A DNA stretch of 64,000 nt from Auanema rhodensis (Eukaryota; Animalia; Nematoda). This document shows, one piece after another, positions 1-10,700 of the stretch. Below the pieces are notes generated by a model. It ran no database searches. It worked only from the letters and a program-made list of their open reading frames with translations, and was not told the DNA's origin. Both the position numbers and the translations under genes were made by a program. The stretch covers positions 19,964,001-20,028,000 of the forward strand of contig OZ059896.1 in NCBI GenBank assembly GCA_964057225.1, written 5' to 3'. Positions within the stretch are counted from its first letter, which is position 1. Each line of letters begins with the position of its first letter.

Positions 1-37
1 TCAACGGAAAAATTATTTCTTCAGGGTGAAAATCGAG

Positions 38-59
38 GATATAAGTGTAAACTTATATC
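38..59 (+). other. Perfect 9-bp inverted repeat with 4-nt GTRA loop (present in nearly every monomer)
   Basis: GATATAAGT (38-46), loop GTAA or GTGA (47-50), ACTTATATC (51-59). Confidence 0.9.
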
Positions 60-69
60 AGTTGATATC

Positions 70-136
70 TCGGTGCATTTTTAAGCTAGCGCAAATCTGA
101 TAACACAGATCGACGCAGCTTAAAAATGCGCATCGA
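70..136 (+). other. 67-nt imperfect hairpin (each monomer)
   Basis: TCGGTGC 70-76 / GCATCGA 130-136 (one G.T). ATTTTTAAGCT 77-87 / AGCTTAAAAAT 117-127. GCG 89-91 / CGC 114-116. ATCTG 95-99 / CAGAT 106-110. Loop ATAACA. Confidence 0.88.
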
Positions 137-183
137 ACGCACTATACTGCATTGAGAAACGCTTGATACAAAAATTAGTTATG

Positions 184-339
184 ATCGTTTGAAAAATGAT
201 GCATTAGTGTATGTTGAGTTTCCATGTACACTCAACATTGCTTCCAAAAACATTTTGACAAAAATTTTTTCGAAAAATTTCAAAATAATTTAGCAAAAAG
301 TAGATGTTTTTAGATTCCATTTTTCAAGGCAAAGACGAT
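184..339 (+). other. Long-range inverted repeat enclosing nested dyads (each monomer)
   Basis: TTGAAAAATG 189-198 / CATTTTTCAA 318-327. ATCGT 184-188 / ACGAT 335-339. Inside: AAAAACAT 246-253 / ATGTTTTT 304-311, ATTTTGA 252-258 / TCAAAAT 280-286, and the 12-bp palindrome TTTTTCGAAAAA 266-277. Confidence 0.75.
211..238 (+). other. Perfect 9-bp inverted repeat with 10-nt loop (each monomer)
   Basis: ATGTTGAGT 211-219 / ACTCAACAT 230-238. Confidence 0.9.
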
Positions 340-3300
340 GGACAGTGTTATTCAACGAAAAAATTAATTCTTCAGGGTGAAAATCGAGGATATAAGTGTG
401 AACTTATATCAGTTGATATCTCGGTGCATTTTTAAGCTAGCGCAAATCTGATAACACAGATCGACGCAGCTTAAAAATCCGCATCGAATGCACTATACTA
501 CATTGAGAAACGCTTGATACAAAAATTAGTTATGATCGTTTGAAAAATGATGCATTAGTGTATGTTGAGTTTCACTGTACACTCAACATTGCTTCCAAAA
601 ACATTTTGACAAAAATTTTTTCGAAAAATTTCAAAATAATTTAGCAAAAAGTAGATGTTTTTAGATTCCATTTTTCAAGGCAAAGACGATGGACAATGTT
701 ATTCAACGGAAAAATTATTTCTTCAGGGTGAAAATCGAGGATATAAGTGTAAACTTATATCAGTTGATATCTCGGTGCATTTTTAAGCTAGCGCAAATCT
801 GATAACACAGATCGACGCAGCTTAAAAATGCGCATCGAACGCACTATACTGCATTGAGAAACGCTTGATACAAAAATTAGTTATGATCGTTTGAAAAATG
901 ATGCATTAGTGTATGTTGAGTTTCCATGTACACTCAACATTGCTTCCAAAAACATTTTGACAAAAATTTTTTCGAAAAATTTCAAAATAATTTAGCAAAA
1001 AGTAGATGTTTTTAGATTCCATTTTTCAAGGCAAAGACGATGGACAGTGTTATTCAACGAAAAAATTAATTCTTCAGGGTGAAAATCGAGGATATAAGTG
1101 TGAACTTATATCAGTTGATATCTCGGTGCATTTTTAAGCTAGCGCAAATCTGATAACACAGATCGACGCAGCTTAAAAATCCGCATCGAATGCACTATAC
1201 TACATTGAGAAACGCTTGATACAAAAATTAGTTATGATCGTTTGAAAAATGATGCATTAGTGTATGTTGAGTTTCCATGTACACTCAACATTGCTTCCAA
1301 AAACATTTTGACAAAAATTTTTTCGAAAAATTTCAAAATAATTTAGCAAAAAGTATATGTTTTTAGATTCCATTTTTCAAGGCAAAGACGATGGACAATG
1401 TTATTCAACGAAAAAATTAATTCTTCAGGGTGAAAATCGAGGATATAAGTGTGAACTTATATCAGTTGATATCTCGGTGCATTTTTAAGCTAGCCCAAAT
1501 CTGATAACACAGATCGACGCAGCTTAAAAATCCGCATCGAATGCACTATAATACATTGAGAAACGCTTAATACAAAAATTAGTTATGATCGTTTGAAAAA
1601 TGATGCATTAGTGTATGTTGAGTTTCCATGTACACTCAACATTGCTTCCAAAAACATTTTGACAAAAATTTTTTCGAAAAATTTCAAAATAATTTAGCAA
1701 AAAGTAGATGTTTTTAGATTCCTTTTTTCAAGGCAAAGACGATGGACAATGTTATTCAACGAAAAAATTAATTCTTTAGGGTGAAAATCGAGGATATAAG
1801 TGTGAACTTATATCAGTTGATATCTTGGTGCATTTTCAAGCTAGCGCAAATCTGATAACAGAGATCGACGCAGCTTAAAAATCCGCATCGAATGCACTAT
1901 ACTACATTGAGAAACGCTTGATACAAAAATTAGTTATGATCGTTTGAAAAATGATGCATTAGTGTATGTTGAGTTTCACTGTACACTCAACATTGCTTCC
2001 AAAAACATTTTGACAAAAATTTTTTCGAAAAATTTCAAAATAATTTAGCAAAAAGTAGATGTTTTTAGATTCCATTTTTCAAGGCAAAGACGATGGACAA
2101 TGTTATTCAACGGAAAAATTATTTCTTCAGGGTGAAAATCGAGGATATAAGTGTAAACTTATATCAGTTGATATCTCGGTGCATTTTTAAGCTAGCGCAA
2201 ATCTGATAACACAGATCGACGCAGCTTAAAAATGCGCATCGAACGCACTATACTGCATTGAGAAACGCTTGATACAAAAATTAGTTATGATCGTTTGAAA
2301 AATGATGCATTAGTGTATGTTGAGTTTCCATGTACACTCAACATTGCTTCCAAAAACATTTTGACAAAAATTTTTTCGAAAAATTTCAAAATAATTTAGC
2401 AAAAAGTAGATGTTTTTAGATTCCATTTTTCAAGGCAAAGACGATGGACAATGTTATTCAACGGAAAAATTATTTCTTCAGGGTGAAAATCGAGGATATA
2501 AGTGTAAACTTATATCAGTTGATATCTCGGTGCATTTTTAAGCTAGCGCAAATCTGATAACACAGATCGACGCAGCTTAAAAATCCGCATCGAATGCACT
2601 ATACTACATTGAGAAACGCTTGATACAAAAATTAGTTATGATCGTTTGAAAAATGATGCATTAGTGTATGTTGAGTTTCACTGTACACTCAACATTGCTT
2701 CCAAAAACATTTTGACAAAAATTTTTTCGAAAAATTTCAAAATAATTTAGCAAAAAGTAGATGTTTTTAGATTCCATTTTTCAAGGCAAAGACGATGGAC
2801 AATGTTATTCAACGGAAAAATTATTTCTTCAGGGTGAAAATCGAGGATATAAGTGTAAACTTATATCAGTTGATATCTCGGTGCATTTTTAAGCTAGCGC
2901 AAATCTGATAACACAGATCGACGCAGCTTAAAAATGCGCATCGAACGCACTATACTGCATTGAGAAACGCTTGATACAAAAATTAGTTATGATCGTTTGA
3001 AAAATGATGCATTAGTGTATGTTGAGTTTCCATGTACACTCAACATTGCTTCCAAAAACATTTTGACAAAAATTTTTTCGAAAAATTTCAAAATAATTTA
3101 GCAAAAAGTAGATGTTTTTAGATTCCATTTTTCAAGGCAAAGACGATGGACAGTGTTATTCAACGAAAAAATTAATTCTTCAGGGTGAAAATCGAGGATA
3201 TAAGTGTGAACTTATATCAGTTGATATCTCGGTGCATTTTTAAGCTAGCGCAAATCTGATAACACAGATCGACGCAGCTTAAAAATCCGCATCGAATGCA

Positions 3301-5265
3301 CTATACTACATTGAGAAACGCTTGATACAAAAATTAGTTATGATCGTTTGAAAAATGATGCATTAGTGTATGTTGAGTTTCCATGTACACTCAACATTGC
3401 TTCCAAAAACATTTTGACAAAAATTTTTTCGAAAAATTTCAAAATAATTTAGCAAAAAGTAGATGTTTTTAGATTCCATTTTTAGAGGCAAAGACGATGG
3501 ACAGTGTTATTCAACGAAAAAATTAATTCTTCAGGGTGAAAATCGAGGATATAAGTGTGAACTTATATCAGTTGATATCTCGGTGCATTTTTAAGCTAGC
3601 GCAAATCTGATAACACAGATCGACGCAGCTTAAAAATCCGCATCGAATGCACTATACTACATTGAGAAACGCTTAATACAAAAATTAGTTATGATCGTTT
3701 GAAAAATGATGCATTAGTGTATGTTGAGTTTCCATGTACACTCAACATTGCTTCCAAAAACATTTTGACAAAAATTTTTTCGAAAAATTTCGAAATAATT
3801 TAGCAAAAAGTAGATGTTTTTAGATTCCTTTATTCAAGGCAAAGACGATGGACAATGTTATTCAACGAAAAAATTAATTCTTCAGGGTGAAAATCGAGGA
3901 TATAAGTGTGAACTTATATCAGTTGATATCTCGGTGCATTTTTAAGCTAGCGCAAATCTGATAACACAGATCGACGCAGCTTAAAAATCCGCATCGAATG
4001 CACTATACTACATTGAGAAACGCTTGATACAAAAATTAGTTATGATCGTTTGAAAAATGATGCATTAGTGTATGTTGAGTTTCACTGTACACTCAACATT
4101 GCTTCCAAAAACATTTTGACAAAAATTTTTTCGAAAAATTTCAAAATAATTTAGCAAAAAGTAGATGTTTTTAGATTCCATTTTTCAAGGCAAAGACGAT
4201 GGACAATGTTATTCAACGGAAAAATTATTTCTTCAGGGTGAAAATCGAGGATATAAGTGTAAACTTATATCAGTTGATATCTCGGTGCATTTTTAAGCTA
4301 GCGCAAATCTGATAACACAGATCGACGCAGCTTAAAAATCCGCATCGAATGCACTATACTACATTGAGAAACGCTTGATACAAAAATTAGTTATGATCGT
4401 TTGAAAAATGATGCATTAGTGTATGTTGAGTTTCACTGTACACTCAACATTGCTTCCAAAAACATTTTGACAAAAATTTTTTCGAAAAATTTCAAAATAA
4501 TTTAGCAAAAAGTAGATGTTTTTAGATTCCATTTTTCAAGGCAAAGACGATGGACAATGTTATTCAACGGAAAAATTATTTCTTCAGGGTGAAAATCGAG
4601 GATATAAGTGTAAACTTATATCAGTTGATATCTCGGTGCATTTTTAAGCTAGCGCAAATCTGATAACACAGATCGACGCAGCTTAAAAATGCGCATCAAA
4701 CGCACTATACTGCATTGAGAAACGCTTGATACAAAAATTAGTTATGATCGTTTGAAAAATGATGCATTAGTGTATGTTGAGTTTCCATGTACACTCAACA
4801 TTGCTTCCAAAAACATTTTGACAAAAATTTTTTCGAAAAATTTCAAAATAATTTAGCAAAAAGTAGATGTTTTTAGATTCCATTTTTCAAGGCAAAGACG
4901 ATGGACAGTGTTATTCAACGAAAAAATTAATTCTTCAGGGTGAAAATCGAGGATATAAGTGTGAACTTATATCAGTTGATATCTCGGTGCATTTTTAAGC
5001 TAGCGCAAATCTGATAACACAGATCGACGCAGCTTAAAAATCCGCATCGAATGCACTATACTACATTGAGAAACGCTTGATACAAAAATTAGTTATGATC
5101 GTTTGAAAAATGATGCATTAGTGTATGTTGAGTTTCACTGTACACTCAACATTGCTTCCAAAAACATTTTGACAAAAATTTTTTCGAAAAATTTCAAAAT
5201 AATTTAGCAAAAAGTAGATGTTTTTAGATTCCATTTTTCAAGGCAAAGACGATGGACAATGTTAT

Positions 5266-7722
5266 TCAACGGAAAAATTATTTCTTCAGGGTGAAAATCG
5301 AGGATATAAGTGTAAACTTATATCAGTTGATATCTCGGTGCATTTTTAAGCTAGCGCAAATCTGATAACACAGATCGACGCAGCTTAAAAATGCGCATCG
5401 AACGCACTATACTGCATTGAGAAACGCTTGATACAAAAATTAGTTATGATCGTTTGAAAAATGATGCATTAGTGTATGTTGAGTTTCCATGTACACTCAA
5501 CATTGCTTCCAAAAACATTTTGACAAAAATTTTTTCGAAAAATTTCAAAATAATTTAGCAAAAAGTAGATGTTTTTAGATTCCATTTTTCAAGGCAAAGA
5601 CGATGGACAGTGTTATTCAACGAAAAAATTAATTCTTCAGGGTGAAAATCGAGGATATAAGTGTGAACTTATATCAGTTGATATCTCGGTGCATTTTTAA
5701 GCTAGCGCAAATCTGATAACACAGATCGACGCAGCTTAAAAATCCGCATCGAATGCACTATACTACATTGAGAAACGCTTGATACAAAAATTAGTTATGA
5801 TCGTTTGAAAAATGATGCATTAGTGTATGTTGAGTTTCACTGTACACTCAACATTGCTTCCAAAAACATTTTGACAAAAATTTTTTCGAAAAATTTCAAA
5901 ATAATTTAGCAAAAAGTAGATGTTTTTAGATTCCATTTTTCAAGGCAAAGACGATGGACAATGTTATTCAACGGAAAAATTATTTCTTCAGGGTGAAAAT
6001 CGAGGATATAAGTGTAAACTTATATCAGTTGATATCTCGGTGCATTTTTAAGCTAGCGCAAATCTGATAACACAGATCGACGCAGCTTAAAAATGCGCAT
6101 CGAACGCACTATACTGCATTGAGAAACGCTTGATACAAAAATTAGTTATGATCGTTTGAAAAATGATGCATTAGTGTATGTTGAGTTTCCATGTACACTC
6201 AACATTGCTTCCAAAAACATTTTGACAAAAATTTTTTCGAAAAATTTCAAAATAATTTAGCAAAAAGTAGATGTTTTTAGATTCCATTTTTCAAGGCAAA
6301 GACGATGGACAGTGTTATTCAACGAAAAAATTAATTCTTCAGGGTGAAAATCGAGGATATAAGTGTGAACTTATATCAGTTGATATCTCGGTGCATTTTT
6401 AAGCTAGCGCAAATCTGATAACACAGATCGACGCAGCTTAAAAATCCGCATCGAATGCACTATACTACATTGAGAAACGCTTGATACAAAAATTAGTTAT
6501 GATCGTTTGAAAAATGATGCATTAGTGTATGTTGAGTTTCCATGTACACTCAACATTGCTTCCAAAAACATTTTGACAAAAATTTTTTCGAAAAATTTCA
6601 AAATAATTTAGCAAAAAGTATATGTTTTTAGATTCCATTTTTCAAGGCAAAGACGATGGACAATGTTATTCAACGAAAAAATTAATTCTTCAGGGTGAAA
6701 ATCGAGGATATAAGTGTGAACTTATATCAGTTGATATCTCGGTGCATTTTTAAGCTAGCCCAAATCTGATAACACAGATCGACGCAGCTTAAAAATCCGC
6801 ATCGAATGCACTATACTACATTGAGAAACGCTTAATACAAAAATTAGTTATGATCGTTTGAAAAATGATGCATTAGTGTATGTTGAGTTTCCATGTACAC
6901 TCAACATTGCTTCCAAAAACATTTTGACAAAAATTTTTTCGAAAAATTTCAAAATAATTTAGCAAAAAGTAGATGTTTTTAGATTCCTTTTTTCAAGGCA
7001 AAGACGATGGACAATGTTATTCAACGAAAAAATTAATTCTTTAGGGTGAAAATCGAGGATATAAGTGTGAACTTATATCAGTTGATATCTTGGTGCATTT
7101 TCAAGCTAGCGCAAATCTGATAACAGAGATCGACGCAGCTTAAAAATCCGCATCGAATGCACTATACTACATTGAGAAACGCTTGATACAAAAATTAGTT
7201 ATGATCGTTTGAAAAATGATGCATTAGTGTATGTTGAGTTTCACTGTACACTCAACATTGCTTCCAAAAACATTTTGACAAAAATTTTTTCGAAAAATTT
7301 CAAAATAATTTAGCAAAAAGTAGATGTTTTTAGATTCCATTTTTCAAGGCAAAGACGATGGACAATGTTATTCAACGGAAAAATTATTTCTTCAGGGTGA
7401 AAATCGAGGATATAAGTGTAAACTTATATCAGTTGATATCTCGGTGCATTTTTAAGCTAGCGCAAATCTGATAACACAGATCGACGCAGCTTAAAAATGC
7501 GCATCGAACGCACTATACTGCATTGAGAAACGCTTGATACAAAAATTAGTTATGATCGTTTGAAAAATGATGCATTAGTGTATGTTGAGTTTCCATGTAC
7601 ACTCAACATTGCTTCCAAAAACATTTTGACAAAAATTTTTTCGAAAAATTTCAAAATAATTTAGCAAAAAGTAGATGTTTTTAGATTCCATTTTTCAAGG
7701 CAAAGACGATGGACAATGTTAT
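5266..7722 (+). repeat. Second copy of the 7-monomer block at 1-2457 (offset 5265 bp = 15 monomers)
   Basis: Same order of private variants in both blocks: GTATATG (1353/6618), TAGCCC (1491/6756), and TTTAGG+CTTGG+TTTCAAG+ACAGAGA in M6/M21. Confidence 0.9.
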
Positions 7723-10700
7723 TCAACGAAAAAATTAATTCTTCAGGGTGAAAATCGAGGATATAAGTGTGAACTTATATCAGTTGATATCTCGGTGCAT
7801 TTTTAAGCTAGCGCAAATCTGATAACACAGATCGACGCAGCTTAAAAATCCGCATCGAATGCACTATACTACATTGAGAAACGCTTAATACAAAAATTAG
7901 TTATGATCGTTTGAAAAATGATGCATTAGTGTATGTTGAGTTTCCATGTACACTCAACATTGCTTCCAAAAACATTTTGACAAAAATTTTTTCGAAAAAT
8001 TTCAAAATAATTTAGCAAAAAGTAGATGTTTTTAGATTCCATTTTTCAAGGCAAAGACGATGGACAATGTTATTCAACGAAAAAATTAATTCTTCAGGGT
8101 GAAAATCGAGGATATAAGTGTGAACTTATATCAGTTGATATCTCGGTGCATTTTTAAGCTAGCGCAAATCTGATAACACAGATCGACGCAGCTTAAAAAT
8201 GCGCATCGAACGCACTATACTGCATTGAGAAACGCTTGATACAAAAATTAGTTATGATCGTTTGAAAAATGATGCATTAGTGTATGTTGAGTTTCCATGT
8301 ACACTCAACATTGCTTCCAAAAACATTTTGACAAAAATTTTTTCGAAAAATTTCGAAATAATTTAGCAAAAAGTAGATGTTTTTAGATTCCTTTATTCAA
8401 GGCAAAGACGATGGACAATGTTATTCAACGAAAAAATTAATTCTTTAGGGTGAAAATCGAGGATATAAGTGTGAACTTATATCAGTTGATATCTCGGTGC
8501 ATTTTTAAGCTAGCGCAAATCTGATAACACAGATCGACGCAGCTTAAAAATCCGCATCGAATGCACTATACTACATTGAGAAACGCTTAATACAAAAATT
8601 AGTTATGATCGTTTGAAAAATGATGCATTAGTGTATGTTGAGTTTCCATGTACACTCAACATTGCTTCCAAAAACATTTTGACAAAAATTTTTTCGAAAA
8701 ATTTCAAAATAATTTAGCAAAAAGTAGATGTTTTTAGATTCCATTTTTCAAGGCAAAGACGATGGACAGTGTTATTCAACGAAAAAATTAATTCTTCAGG
8801 GTGAAAATCGAGGATATAAGTGTGAACTTATATCAGTTGATATCTCGGTGCATTTTTAAGCTAGCGCAAATCTGATAACACAGATCGACGCAGCTTAAAA
8901 ATGCGCATCGAACGCACTATACTGCATTGAGAAACGCTTGATACAAAAATTAGTTATGATCGTTTGAAAAATGATGCATTAGTGTATGTTGAGTTTCCAT
9001 GTACACTCAACATTGCTTCCAAAAACATTTTGACAAAAATTTTTTCGAAAAATTTCAAAATAATTTAGCAAAAAGTAGATGTTTTTAGATTCCATTTTTC
9101 AAGGCAAAGACGATGGACAATGTTATTCAACGAAAAAATTAATTCTTCAGGGTGAAAATCGAGGATATAAGTGTGAACTTATATCAGTTGATATCTCGGT
9201 GCATTTTTAAGCTAGCGCAAATCTGATAACACAGATCGACGCAGCTTAAAAATCCGCATCGAATGCACTATACTACATTGAGAAACGCTTAATACAAAAA
9301 TTAGTTATGATCGTTTGAAAAATGATGCATTAGTGTATGTTGAGTTTCCATGTACACTCAACATTGCTTCCAAAAACATTTTGACAAAAATTTTTTCGAA
9401 AAATTTCAAAATAATTCAGCAAAAAGTAGATGTTTTTAGATTCCATTTTTCAAGGCAAAGACGATGGACAGTGTTATTCAACGAAAAAATTAATTCTTCA
9501 GGGTGAAAATCGAGGATATAAGTGTGAACTTATATCAGTTGATATCTCGGTGCATTTTTAAGCTAGCGCAAATCTGATAACACAGATCGACGCAGCTTAA
9601 AAATCCGCATCGAATGCACTATACTACATTGAGAAACGCTTAATACAAAAATTTGTTATGATTGTTTGAAAAATGATGCATTAGTGTATGTTGAGTTTCC
9701 ATGTACACTCAACATTGCTTCCAAAAACATTTTGACAAAAATTTTTTCGAAAAATTTCGAAATAATTTAGCAAAAAGTAGATGTTTTTAGATTCCTTTAT
9801 TCAAGGCAAAGACGATGGACAATGTTATTCAACGAAAAAATTAATTCTTTAGGGTGAAAATCGAGGATATAAGTGTGAACTTATATCAGTTGATATCTCG
9901 GTGCATTTTTAAGCTAGCGCAAATCTGATAACACAGATCGACGCAGCTTAAAAATCCGCATCGAATGCACTATACTACATTGAGAAACGCTTAATACAAA
10001 AATTAGTTATGATCGTTTGAAAAATGATGCATTAGTGTATGTTGAGTTTCCATGTACACTCAACATTGCTTCCAAAAACATTTTGACAAAAATTTTTTCG
10101 AAAAATTTCAAAATAATTTAGCAAAAAGTAGATGTTTTTAGATTCCATTTTTCAAGGCAAAGACGATGGACAGTGTTATTCAACGAAAAAATTAATTCTT
10201 CAGGGTGAAAATCGAGGATATAAGTGTGAACTTATATCAGTTGATATCTCGGTGCATTTTTAAGCTAGCGCAAATCTGATAACACAGATCGACGCAGCTT
10301 AAAAATCCGCATCGAATGCACTATACTACATTGAGAAACGCTTAATACAAAAATTAGTTATGATCGTTTGAAAAATGATGCATTAGTGTATGTTGAGTTT
10401 CCATGTACACTCAACATTGCTTCCAAAAACATTTTGACAAAAATTTTTTCGAAAAATTTCAAAATAATTTAGCAAAAAGTAGATGTTTTTAGATTCCATT
10501 TTTCAAGGCAAAGACGATGGACAGTGTTATTCAACGAAAAAATTAATTCTTCAGGGTGAAAATCGAGGATATAAGTGTGAACTTATATCAGTTGATATCT
10601 CGGTGCATTTTTAAGCTAGCGCAAATCTGATAACACAGATCGACGCAGCTTAAAAATCCGCATCGAATGCACTATACTACATTGAGAAACGCTTAATACA

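Larger units (their letters stand above)
1..351. repeat. Representative monomer (arbitrary phase), ~31% GC, many A/T tracts
   Basis: Hand count of the consensus gives 110 G+C in 351 bp. It contains single NheI (GCTAGC pos 85-90), EcoRV (GATATC pos 64-69) and BstBI (TTCGAA pos 269-274) sites, so digestion should give a 351-bp ladder. Confidence 0.97.

Noticed and set aside
18-24. Hammerhead ribozyme core (CUGAAGA on minus strand; CUGAUAA at 97-103 on plus), as in newt, schistosome or cricket satellites
   Set aside because: I could not build stem II closed by GAAA or stems I/III around it. The plus-strand motif is not CUGANGA, and a common variant (TTTAGG) destroys the minus-strand motif. An Infernal/Rfam search would be decisive.
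55-89. Helitron 3' end (hairpin followed by CTAG at 86-89)
   Set aside because: The upstream hairpins are AT-rich, the CTAG overlaps an arm of a longer stem, and there is no insertion boundary or flank to test.
8-199. Ancestral ~163-175 bp dimer origin (AAAAATTAATT 8-18 vs AAAAATTAGTT 170-180; TGAAAA 27 vs 190)
   Set aside because: Matches are short, low-complexity and do not extend across the halves.
1-351. 5S rRNA, tRNA, snRNA or spliced-leader tandem gene unit
   Set aside because: No cloverleaf, Pol III A/B/C boxes or recognisable conserved sequence seen by eye. Not excluded without an Rfam search.
1-351. Assignment to a named satellite of similar length (e.g. Drosophila 359-bp or tenebrionid ~350-bp families)
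   Set aside because: Only length and AT content are similar; I cannot recognise sequence identity without a database search.
342-359. CENP-B-box-like TTCGTTG on minus strand
   Set aside because: It has TTCG and the central A but lacks the essential CGGG of NTTCGNNNNANNCGGGN.
9315-9506. 63-aa ORF on + strand
   Set aside because: TTG start. It is open only because a private T>C at 9417 turns TAG into CAG; other copies keep the stop. No recognisable domain.
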